From assembly GCA_900540635.1 (NCBI GenBank), contig UQGU01000001.1:79312-143311 (forward strand): a stretch of DNA of 64,000 nucleotides, given 5' to 3'. This document shows, piece after piece, positions 9,402-16,977 of this stretch (the stretch's first letter is position 1; each line of letters begins with the position of its first letter). A model generated the notes under the pieces. The model did not search any database and was not told where the DNA came from. It saw nothing but the letters and a program-made list of their open reading frames with translations. Position numbers and translations under genes: made by a program. This DNA comes from an uncultured Eubacteriales bacterium (lineage in GTDB: Bacteria > Bacillota > Clostridia > Oscillospirales > Oscillospiraceae).

Positions 9402-9418
9402 GTTCGCCATAGGCGAAC
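9402..9418. repeat. Perfect palindrome gttcgcc-ata-ggcgaac
   Basis: Read directly from the sequence. Confidence 0.7.
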
Positions 9419-9519
9419 AAGGAGTGCGCGCGGCAGACTGCAAAAACTTGTCGGAAAAGCCCGTAAGGGGTTTTTCGACAGTCTGAGGGCAGCCATTTTA
9501 CGGCTGCCCTGTCTATATT

Positions 9520-10323
9520 TTAGTTCAGATTCAGCTTTCTGGTGGTCAGAAAGTACATGATAAAGTATCCGCCAACGATGGTCACGGCGGACAGGACATT
9601 CATGGTCCCCATGACGCTGAGGGTTTTGTTCAGCGCGCCGTTGCCGACCAGAACTGTTACCTCGATGATCGTCCACACAAGGCTGATGCCGTAATAGACC
9701 AGAATTGCCATGAGAATGGGATGCTTCTTTGCGGCCATGCCGCCGATGGTCACGGCCAGCATCAGCATAATCAGCTGGCTCAGGGCTGTCAGGAACGCCG
9801 CCAGCGCCACCTCAGCCACCACGCCGCCGTAGGGCACAAATTCCAGCCACAGCTTCTCCAGCTCCTCCCAGAGCCGGGGCCAGAAGTCCGCCGGGGCCTC
9901 GTTCCAGGGAATGCCCAGAGCGCTGATCCCCAGTCCCAGCACACAGGCCACGGCCGTTGCCAGAAGCACCGCCAGGATTTCCAGAATGCTGGCCAGAATG
10001 GAGGACAGCATCAGCTGGTGGCCGTTTACCGGCAGGGTAAAGGTCAGGTAGCCCTCCTCGGTAAAACGGCTTCTGTAAAACCGCCAAAGGGCGTAGAAAA
10101 TGCTGGCCGCCCAGGCCACGTTGATAACCATAATGGCCGCCACACACAGAAGCGCCACAACAATCTCCACAGTTCCATGTACGTTCCAGCTGCGGGTCTC
10201 CGCCATGAACAGCCCGCAGCCAACAAACCCCAACACCAGAGCGGCAATCAGCACCGCCAGGCACAGAATTCCAACAACCCGGCGGCTGGCCCGCCACTCC
10301 GCTTTGATCAGTTTTCCAAACAT
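9520..10323 (-). CDS. ABC-2-type transporter permease (YtrC/YtrD-like membrane protein)
   Basis: 267 aa, multiple predicted TM helices. It overlaps the upstream ATPase gene. Confidence 0.7.
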   Translation of the reverse strand: MFGKLIKAEWRASRRVVGILCLAVLIAALVLGFVGCGLFMAETRSWNVHGTVEIVVALLCVAAIMVINVAWAASIFYALWRFYRSRFTEEGYLTFTLPVNGHQLMLSSILASILEILAVLLATAVACVLGLGISALGIPWNEAPADFWPRLWEELEKLWLEFVPYGGVVAEVALAAFLTALSQLIMLMLAVTIGGMAAKKHPILMAILVYYGISLVWTIIEVTVLVGNGALNKTLSVMGTMNVLSAVTIVGGYFIMYFLTTRKLNLN

Positions 10324-11018
10324 CTGAATACCTCCCGGAACAGTTCATCCAAAGACTTGCCTGTCTCCTCCCGGGTCTCGTCGGTATTGCCCTGACGAAC
10401 GACCTTTCCCTGGGACAGGAACACAAATTCATCCAGCACCCGCTCCACATCCGCAATCAGGTGGGTGGAGATGAGCACCGTAGCGCTGGGGTCATAGTTG
10501 GTGATAATGGTGCTGAGAATGTAGTCCCGGGCCGCCGGGTCTACCCCGCCGATGGGCTCATCCAGCAGATAGAGCCTTGCCCGCCGGGACATGACCAGCA
10601 CCAGCTGGACCTTCTCCTGATTGCCCTTGGAGAGGGTCTTTAATTTTGCATTGGGGTCGATGTGCAGGACAGCCAGCATTTCTTCTGCCCGGGTGCGGTC
10701 AAAATCGGCGTAAAAATCCTGGAAGAAGTCCAGAATTTCGCAGATGCGCTGCTGCCTGTTCAGATAGGTCTTATCCGGCAGGTAGGAGACGACCGCCTTG
10801 GTTTCCGGGCCGATTTTCCCGCCGCAGACGGTGACCTCCCCGGCGCTGGGGGTCAGCAGCCCCGCCGCGATTTTCAAAAAGGTGGTCTTGCCGCTGCCAT
10901 TGGGGCCGAGCAGGCCCACGATCTTTCCCTGGGGCAGCTCCAGCTCCAGGCCGTCCAGCGCCCGGGTGCCGCCGTAGTTCTTCACAAGGCCGGTGGCCTT
11001 TAATACTGCGTTTTCCAT
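10308..11018 (-). CDS. ABC transporter ATP-binding protein
   Basis: Walker A GPNGSGKTT, signature LSKGNQEKV, Walker B LYLLDEP. Confidence 0.9.
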   Translation of the reverse strand: MENAVLKATGLVKNYGGTRALDGLELELPQGKIVGLLGPNGSGKTTFLKIAAGLLTPSAGEVTVCGGKIGPETKAVVSYLPDKTYLNRQQRICEILDFFQDFYADFDRTRAEEMLAVLHIDPNAKLKTLSKGNQEKVQLVLVMSRRARLYLLDEPIGGVDPAARDYILSTIITNYDPSATVLISTHLIADVERVLDEFVFLSQGKVVRQGNTDETREETGKSLDELFREVFRCLEN

Positions 11019-11019
11019 A

Positions 11020-11388
11020 TTACTTCTCCTCTTCCTTCACATGAAGCATGATCTCCGCCGCCTGGGCAGGGGTAATGCCAAACACCTTGAATTTCTCCAC
11101 GCACTCCCGCGCCAGGTCCTCCAGGGCCTGCTGCCGCATTGCCTCCAAAATCTTCTCCTCCTTTGTCACCGTTCGTCCGCTGGTGCCGCCGCCAATGAGC
11201 AGGCCTTCCCGCTCCAGCTCCGTCAGCGCCCGCTGCATAGTATTGGGATTCACCTGGGCCTGCATGGCCAGCTCCCGCACCGATGGCACCCGCCCCCCGG
11301 GGGGAAGCTCCCCCCCCAGGACCGCACCCCGGATATTCTCCATGATCTGCTGGTACACCGGCCTGTCGCCGGAAAATTTCCAATTCAC
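11020..11388 (-). CDS. GntR-family (YtrA subfamily) transcriptional regulator; probable GTG start with an AGGAGG RBS
   Basis: Winged HTH PSVRELAMQAQVNPNTMQRALTELEREGLL. Short, YtrA-like size. Confidence 0.85.
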   Translation of the reverse strand: MNWKFSGDRPVYQQIMENIRGAVLGGELPPGGRVPSVRELAMQAQVNPNTMQRALTELEREGLLIGGGTSGRTVTKEEKILEAMRQQALEDLARECVEKFKVFGITPAQAAEIMLHVKEEEK

Positions 11389-11426
11389 ATCTCGTGCCTC
11401 CTGTACTGCTGTATTAGTGTATTCAT

Positions 11427-11455
11427 ACAATAGCACAATAGTACAGGATTGTCAA
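11427..11455 (-). promoter_or_regulatory. Promoter (TTGACA, 17 nt, TATTGT) with a ctgtact/agtacag inverted repeat, for the ytrA-like operon
   Basis: Read on the minus strand as ttgaca-atcctgtactattgtgc-tattgt. Confidence 0.5.
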
Positions 11456-11511
11456 GGGGGAATTCGGTAATTTTTATACCGGTGCCAAACATTCTTTCCC
11501 GCGGCACCTTT

Positions 11512-11589
11512 TTGTCTGTCCTTGGGGCTTTGGGCTCTATTGCCAGTATCGAGTCTCTCGTGCTGTACTTGTACGATAAAAAGAAGTGA
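11512..11589 (+). CDS. 25-aa hydrophobic peptide MSVLGALGSIASIESLVLYLYDKKK (TTG start); type-I-toxin-like small membrane peptide, copy A
   Basis: A single predicted TM helix plus a KKK tail. The stop is followed directly by a GC-rich hairpin. DNA conservation with copy B begins exactly at the TTG. Confidence 0.4.
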   Translation: MSVLGALGSIASIESLVLYLYDKKK

Positions 11590-11720
11590 GCCGTCTGCTG
11601 CAACAGACGACTCACGGCTCTAAGTGCTTTGCACTTAACGTTGTAGGCGTTATGTAGTGGCAACCGTCGGGTTTCCACCACGGGGAGGTGCCTGTTACCA
11701 GCGGGCATCTCCTTGTTTTT
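11590..11720 (+). ncRNA. Conserved 3' region downstream of peptide A (tgtagtggcaaccgtcggg...), ending in a terminator; candidate antitoxin sRNA or 3'UTR
   Basis: A ~25-bp block conserved with the copy at 13150-13200. ggaggtgcct...gggcatctcc-TTGTTTTT forms an intrinsic terminator. Confidence 0.3.
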
Positions 11721-11799
11721 ATATTATAGACCGGCCCCGCCAAAATGTCAAGTGTACATGGTCAGTGACAGGGCACGGCTATTTTTACGGTATAATACG

Positions 11800-12957
11800 T
11801 TATTTTCTCTTTTTCAGCATGGTCTCATGCATGACGACCATCAGGGCCAGTACGGCCAGCAGATAGAAGGGAAACAGGGCCATGGTGGTCTTCCCTGCGA
11901 GCCAGCCGAAGAGCGGGGGCATGAGGCAGTTGCCGATGTAGGCACTGGCCATCTCCACGCCGATGACGGCCTGGGACTTGTCCGCGCCGAAGTGGGCCGG
12001 GGTGGAATGGATGACGCTGGGGTAGATGGGGGCACAGCCCAGGCCGATGAGAATCAGTCCCGCCAGAGCGGCGCTCTCCCCCACCGGCAGCAGCAGGGCT
12101 GCAAGGCCCAGGGCGATGATGCCCTGCCCCATACGAATCATCTGGGTGTCCGTCCACTTGGCCGCCAGGATGCCGCAAACGGCCCTGCCCAGGGTAATGC
12201 CGATGTAGAAGAGGCTGGCAAATCCGGCGGCCGTCTCCGGGGCCACCCCCTTGTGGAGCACCAGATAGCTGCTGGCCCACAGGCCGGTGGTCTGCTCCAG
12301 AGCGCAGTAGCAGAAGAATGCAATCAGGATTTCCTTTGCGCCGGGAAGCCTCAGAATCTTGCCAAGGCCCAGCACCTCGCCGCCTTTCTCCTCCTGGACG
12401 CCCTCCCCTGCCCCGGTCTTCCACAGAGGCAGGCTCAGGAAAATCAGGCAGGTGAGCACCAGCTGAATCAGGCTGATGATCCGGTAGCCCATGGGCCACC
12501 CGGCACCGCCGGACAGGGCAGCGCCCATGATATAGGGGCCAACGGAAGCGCCCACGCCCCACATGCAGTGGAGCCAGCTCATATGGCGGCTGGAGAAATG
12601 GAGGGCCACATAGTTATTGAGGGCCGCATCCACGCTTCCGGCGCCCAGGCCATAGGGCACCGCCCACAGGCACAGCATCCAGAACTGCCCGCTGATTGAA
12701 AATCCGAAAAGGGCCAGAGCGGTCATGGCCACGCTGATGGCCGTCACCCGCCCCGCCCCCAGGCGGCGGGTCAGCCGGTCGCTGAACAGGCTGGAAATGA
12801 CGGTTCCGGCGGAAATAATGCAGAAAATAATGCCGGAATAGGAAACCGGCACCCCAAAGCCCTGGTACATAGACGGCCAGGCCGCCCCCAGCAGGGAATC
12901 CGGCAGGCCTAAGCTGATAAAGGCGGCGTAGATTACCGCCAGAAGCAAATGAATCAT
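11800..12957 (-). CDS. MFS transporter
   Basis: 386 aa from MIHLLLAVIY (AGGAGG RBS). Roughly 12 predicted TM helices. Confidence 0.85.
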   Translation of the reverse strand: MIHLLLAVIYAAFISLGLPDSLLGAAWPSMYQGFGVPVSYSGIIFCIISAGTVISSLFSDRLTRRLGAGRVTAISVAMTALALFGFSISGQFWMLCLWAVPYGLGAGSVDAALNNYVALHFSSRHMSWLHCMWGVGASVGPYIMGAALSGGAGWPMGYRIISLIQLVLTCLIFLSLPLWKTGAGEGVQEEKGGEVLGLGKILRLPGAKEILIAFFCYCALEQTTGLWASSYLVLHKGVAPETAAGFASLFYIGITLGRAVCGILAAKWTDTQMIRMGQGIIALGLAALLLPVGESAALAGLILIGLGCAPIYPSVIHSTPAHFGADKSQAVIGVEMASAYIGNCLMPPLFGWLAGKTTMALFPFYLLAVLALMVVMHETMLKKRK

Positions 12958-13057
12958 CCTGAATGCCTCCTGTGTGTTTGACACCATCCTATCACAAAGC
13001 TTTTCAAAAAGCTATACCAATAGCAGGAATCTACAAGAATCGTTCAAAAGCCTCAAT

Positions 13058-13135
13058 TTGACTGTCCTTGGAGCGTTGGGCTCCATTGCCAGCATTGTGT
13101 CTCTCGTACTGTATCTGCGCGATAAAAAGAAGTGA
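13058..13135 (+). CDS. 25-aa hydrophobic peptide MTVLGALGSIASIVSLVLYLRDKKK (TTG start), copy B
   Basis: Paralog of copy A. The stop is followed by a perfect 12-bp-stem hairpin, gtgagccgtctg...cagacggctcac. Confidence 0.4.
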   Translation: MTVLGALGSIASIVSLVLYLRDKKK

Positions 13136-13286
13136 GCCGTCTGCCTCTAACAGACGGCTCACGCGCTGAGGGCTAGTCTCTCGGCTCACTGAGTACATAT
13201 GTAGTGGCAACCGTCGGGCTCCCAGCACCGGGAGCATGAACAGAGACAGCTTTTTCAGAATGCTGCCCTGGGTAAAATCCGTTTTT

Positions 13287-13757
13287 TCAGTATCCAAGGG
13301 AAATTCTCCTTTCCGACATGGCTGTATAGAGCTTTTGGACGGTGCGAATCGTGCAGGCCACGTCTTCATCCGGGACATCCTCCAGCAGCGGGGCAAGCTG
13401 GGCAAAGACCTGGCCGTTGAAGGTCCCGGACAGGCGCTTGCCCGATTCGGTGACGGTGAGGTACGTAACACGTCCGTCATCCGGAGAGGCCTTCTTTTCC
13501 AGGTACCCCCGCTGCTCCATCTCCTTGACGGTGCGGGTCACTCCGGGGCGGGGAATGTTCAGTGCATCGCTGATGTCGGACACCTTCACCCGGACACCCT
13601 GCCTCTCCAGGCGTTCGATGGTATCGAGATAGTGGATATAGGACGAGCTGACCCCCTTGGGCAGCTCCGGAAGCAGCTCCCGCGCCCGCTTGGCCTGATA
13701 GCAGGCATCCAAAAGGGCCTTGATGTTTTCGACTGTCATGGTTTTCGAACAGCCCAC
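13287..13757 (-). CDS. MarR-family transcriptional regulator (GTG start, GGAAGGAG RBS)
   Basis: Winged HTH LNIPRPGVTRTVKEMEQRGYLEK. Confidence 0.85.
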   Translation of the reverse strand: MGCSKTMTVENIKALLDACYQAKRARELLPELPKGVSSSYIHYLDTIERLERQGVRVKVSDISDALNIPRPGVTRTVKEMEQRGYLEKKASPDDGRVTYLTVTESGKRLSGTFNGQVFAQLAPLLEDVPDEDVACTIRTVQKLYTAMSERRISLGY

Positions 13758-13925
13758 TGCGGTCTCCTTCCGTGTTCTTATTTTTCAACCATAGTATAGC
13801 ACGTTTGTTCGATTTTGTCAAGTGGCGACCGGGGCGCAGGAGCTTCCCCTCCGGGGGAGCTGGCTCGCGTCAGCGAGACTGAGGAGGGGCGTAACGAGCG
13901 GGAGTGGTTGGTAGAAGGTGCAGTC

Positions 13926-13950
13926 AAGGCGCCCCTGAAAGGGGAGCCTT
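13926..13950. repeat. REP-like hairpin, family B (ggcgcccc-tgaaa-ggggagcc)
   Basis: A near-identical hairpin occurs at 35496-35522. Confidence 0.6.
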
Positions 13951-14014
13951 AGAACGCACATATTTCCAACCGGTCACTTCCGCAGCGCCCCTCATCCGTC
14001 TCGCCTGCGGCGAG

Positions 14015-14043
14015 CCACCTTCCCCGTAGGGGAAGGTTAGGGG
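14015..14043. repeat. REP-like palindrome, family A (ccttcccc-gta-ggggaagg)
   Basis: Family copies at 14074-14092, 20379-20397 and 28436-28453. Confidence 0.6.
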
Positions 14044-14073
14044 AAAAGCTTCACCGCCGCTGCGGCTGTCCCC

Positions 14074-14092
14074 CTTCCCCGTTGGGGAAGGT
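14074..14092. repeat. REP-like palindrome, family A (ccttcccc-gtt-ggggaagg)
   Basis: The preceding ccgctgcggctgtccccc block is shared with the 20365-20397 copy. Confidence 0.6.
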
Positions 14093-14206
14093 TGGGACGG
14101 TCCTCCGGGGGCCGCCCACAAAGGCGGCTCCCGGGGGTTCTATCTTCCAGCTTCTACAGAAGCATCTACCCCGTTAGGGGTATCTGCTTCTGCTTCTGTA
14201 TCATTT

Positions 14207-14285
14207 GGTATCCGTTGGTACCAAATGATACCAAATGGTACCACTGGTATCCACTGGCTACCGCCGGATGCCGCCGGTATCCGGC
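14207..14285. repeat. Phased array of eight roughly 10-bp units with a GGTAYC core
   Basis: ggtatccgtt, ggtaccaaat, gataccaaat, ggtaccact, ggtatccact, ggctaccgcc, ggatgccgcc, ggtatccggc. Contains two palindromic TGGTACCA sites. Confidence 0.7.
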
Positions 14286-14314
14286 GGCAGCTCTTCCCCG
14301 ACGGGGCAGGGCAG

Positions 14315-14348
14315 AAAAAAGCAGAGGCCCGGAAGCCTCTGCTTTTGG
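14315..14348 (-). terminator. Bidirectional intrinsic terminator ending the fhs-fchA-folD-FNT operon
   Basis: aaaaaa-gcagaggc-ccggaa-gcctctgc-tttt. Confidence 0.7.
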
Positions 14349-14359
14349 GAAGTATTTTC

Positions 14360-15172
14360 TTATGCCTTGGGCTTGCGGACGTAGCAGTACCACATGAGCA
14401 GGGCTACGGAGCAGCCGCCGACGATGTTGCCCAATGTTACGGGCAGCATATTGCCCAGGAAGTAGTGCCCCCAGGTCAGCGCCTCAAAGGCTGCGCCCTC
14501 GGCATAGAACTGCTTGCCGAACAGGCCCAGCATGCAATAGGTCATGTCCGCAATGGAGTGGTTGAAGCCGCAGGTGACGAAGAAACACACGGGAATCCAG
14601 GCACCGATGACCCGGCTGAACCCATCCTTTCCGGCCAGGCTCATGAGCACGCCCAGGGTCACCAGAATGTTGCACAGCACGCCCATGAAGAAGGCATTCT
14701 GGAAGGGCATGGTCATCTTGCCCTGGGCCACCTTCATGGAGGCGATGGCCAAGGCATTGGCGGTGTCGCCGTTGGCGGCGTTCAGCCAGCCGAAGCGGGC
14801 ACAGACAAAGCTCAAAAACATAGAGCCCAGGAAATTGCCGATGTAGACAAGAATCCAGTTCCGCAGCATTCCGGCAGCGGTTGCCTTCTTATCCAGCACG
14901 GAAATGAGGATCAGGGTATTGCCGGTAAACAGCTCTGCGCCGGTGAGGATCACCGTGCCCAGGCCGAAGGCGAAGAGGATACCGGAGATCATCCGGACGG
15001 TGGAATTGCCCACCACGGTATAGGTGGCCATATTGGTCACCACAGAGGGAACACCAATGAGGAAGCCTGCCAGAATTCCCAGCAGCAGCATTTTGGCAGT
15101 GGGGATCTTGGTCTTCCCCGCACCGGCTGCGGAATAGTTATTGGCGGCTTCCGCCATGGTAAAGAGGTTCAT
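14360..15172 (-). CDS. Formate/nitrite transporter (FNT family, FocA/NirC-like)
   Basis: 270 aa, with FNT-family membrane motifs. Confidence 0.85.
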   Translation of the reverse strand: MNLFTMAEAANNYSAAGAGKTKIPTAKMLLLGILAGFLIGVPSVVTNMATYTVVGNSTVRMISGILFAFGLGTVILTGAELFTGNTLILISVLDKKATAAGMLRNWILVYIGNFLGSMFLSFVCARFGWLNAANGDTANALAIASMKVAQGKMTMPFQNAFFMGVLCNILVTLGVLMSLAGKDGFSRVIGAWIPVCFFVTCGFNHSIADMTYCMLGLFGKQFYAEGAAFEALTWGHYFLGNMLPVTLGNIVGGCSVALLMWYCYVRKPKA

Positions 15173-15196
15173 AGAAATCGTCCTTTCCGATTGAAA

Positions 15197-16075
15197 TCAG
15201 GAACGCTTTTCTGCTGCCTCCACAACGTGCTTCATCAGGACGGAGGTGGTGACACTTCCAACACCGCCGGGGACAGGGGTAATGGCATCCACAATGGGCT
15301 CCACCTCGGAGAAACAGGCGTCGCCCGCAATGCCGCCCAGACCGCCCTTGGCATTGGGCTTGTTGGCGTCCCAGTTGATGGAAACATCGATGACCACCTG
15401 GCCGGGCCGGACATAATCCTTGGTCAGGGAGTTCAGCACACCGGCGGCGGAGACGATGATGTCCGCATTTTTGCAGATTTCAGCGGTATTGACGGTCTTG
15501 GTATGGCAGACGGTGACGGTGGCATTCTTGCCCATGAGCATCATGGCTGCGGGCTTGCCCACCACCAGGCTGCGGCCGATGACAACGGCATTCTTGCCCT
15601 TGCAGTCGATGCCGTAGTAGTCCAGGATCTCCATGCAGGCGGCGGGGGTGCAGGGGGCATAGCCCAGGTCCAGGCCCTCGAACACACCGGCATTGGACAT
15701 ATGGGTCATGCAGTCCACATCCTTCTTGGGATCAAGCCGGTTGCAGATCTCGTTCTGGTCCGCCTTCAGGTGTTTGGGCAGGGGCCGGAACATGAGCACG
15801 CCGTGGATGGAATCGTCGGCGTTGACCTGATCGATGACGGCCAGGACATCCTCCTTGGTCGCGTCCTCAGGCAGTTCGAACTTCTTGACCTCCACGCCCA
15901 CCAGCTCGGCCCGCTTCACAGCGCCCTTTTCATAGCTCAGGTCGCTGGGGTTGGCGCCCACACGGATAATGCCCAGGGTGGGGACGGTGCCCTTCTCGCG
16001 CAGGGCGGCGGTACGGGTCTGCAGGGATGCATTCAGTGCATCGGTAACTTCTTTGCCAAGTAACAGTTTTGCCAT
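15197..16075 (-). CDS. folD: Bifunctional methylene-THF dehydrogenase / methenyl-THF cyclohydrolase
   Basis: 292 aa with the typical FolD N-terminus and Rossmann region. Confidence 0.95.
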   Translation of the reverse strand: MAKLLLGKEVTDALNASLQTRTAALREKGTVPTLGIIRVGANPSDLSYEKGAVKRAELVGVEVKKFELPEDATKEDVLAVIDQVNADDSIHGVLMFRPLPKHLKADQNEICNRLDPKKDVDCMTHMSNAGVFEGLDLGYAPCTPAACMEILDYYGIDCKGKNAVVIGRSLVVGKPAAMMLMGKNATVTVCHTKTVNTAEICKNADIIVSAAGVLNSLTKDYVRPGQVVIDVSINWDANKPNAKGGLGGIAGDACFSEVEPIVDAITPVPGGVGSVTTSVLMKHVVEAAEKRS

Positions 16076-16101
16076 AGGGAATTCCTCCTAAGTAAGATTC
16101 T

Positions 16102-16731
16102 TTATTGACCGAAGAGCGATTTGACGCTACCAAAGATTTCATCCGCCTTGGGGACATAGGCATTCAGCATACCGTTGGCCTTGTCGTTCATGGCCTGGGC
16201 GGTCTCCCGGTTTTTCAGGCTCTTGGTATTGATGAACACATTCAGCGACGCAGCCTGGAGCGCTGCCTTGCAGCACACGGCGGCGCAGCCGGCATCGGAC
16301 ACAGCCAGACGGCTGCCCTTGGCGGCGAAAACGGCAACGCAATCCAGGGCCTGGCAGCACAGCTCCATGATGTGCATGGGCACGGCGCAGGCGGTGACGG
16401 TGGCCTCCTCCAGGATGGCGTCCCGGTTGGGGTCGTCCTTGGGAATGCCGTATGCCTTGGCCAGGGGCACGAAGCCCTTGTCGTCGGCCTCCACCTGGTC
16501 CAAAAGCTCCTTCTGCAGTTCGTCACAGCGCTTTTTCAGGGCGATGATCTCCTCCTGCACATCGGCATACTTCTTCTTGCCCAGGGTGAGGGAGCCCACC
16601 ATGTTGCCAAGGGCCGTGCCGATGGCGCCCACCAGGGCAGCAGCGCCGCCGCCGCCGGGGGCCGGGGCATCGGAGGCCAGGACCTCCACAAATTTCCGGC
16701 AGGATTCCATTGTCATATCCATAAGGGAATT
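16102..16731 (-). CDS. fchA: Methenyl-THF cyclohydrolase / formimino-THF cyclodeaminase-family protein (FchA-like)
   Basis: Start MDMTMESCRKFVEVLASDAPAPGGGGAAALVGAIG, the cyclodeaminase/cyclohydrolase family signature. Confidence 0.75.
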   Translation of the reverse strand, partial: NSLMDMTMESCRKFVEVLASDAPAPGGGGAAALVGAIGTALGNMVGSLTLGKKKYADVQEEIIALKKRCDELQKELLDQVEADDKGFVPLAKAYGIPKDDPNRDAILEEATVTACAVPMHIMELCCQALDCVAVFAAKGSRLAVSDAGCAAVCCKAALQAASLNVFINTKSLKNRETAQAMNDKANGMLNAYVPKADEIFGSVKSLFGQ

Positions 16732-16870
16732 CTCCTTTGTTGTTAATAAATCGAAAATACCGCAATGTAAGAAAACGCAGGCGCAATTCGCCCACGCTGG
16801 AATACACGAAGGAAGCTCTGGCCGGATCGGCAAGCGCTGACAGCGAGAGATTTTTCATCGGGTGAAGGTC

Positions 16871-16920
16871 CCCAAAGCGGAGGAATACTTTGTGTATCTC
16901 CCGCTTTGGGAACCGCACAG
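16871..16920 (-). other. 10-bp perfect inverted repeat, cccaaagcgg...ccgctttggg, with a 30-nt loop, between fhs and fchA
   Basis: Lies inside the operon and may modulate read-through or stability. Confidence 0.35.
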
Positions 16921-16977
16921 CCGGTGGAAAAGATCCGCTGCTCAGCCGCAGGCGATCAAGTCAGAGTTTCCGCAGAA

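Noticed and set aside
14092-14397. 101-aa ORF across the REP/phased-repeat region
   Set aside because: The translation is Cys/Trp/Pro-rich nonsense derived from the repeats. There is no RBS.
14225-16063. 612-aa plus-strand ORF opposite focA/folD
   Set aside because: Antisense to two well-supported genes. Gly/Ala/His-rich translation typical of GC-rich antisense frames.
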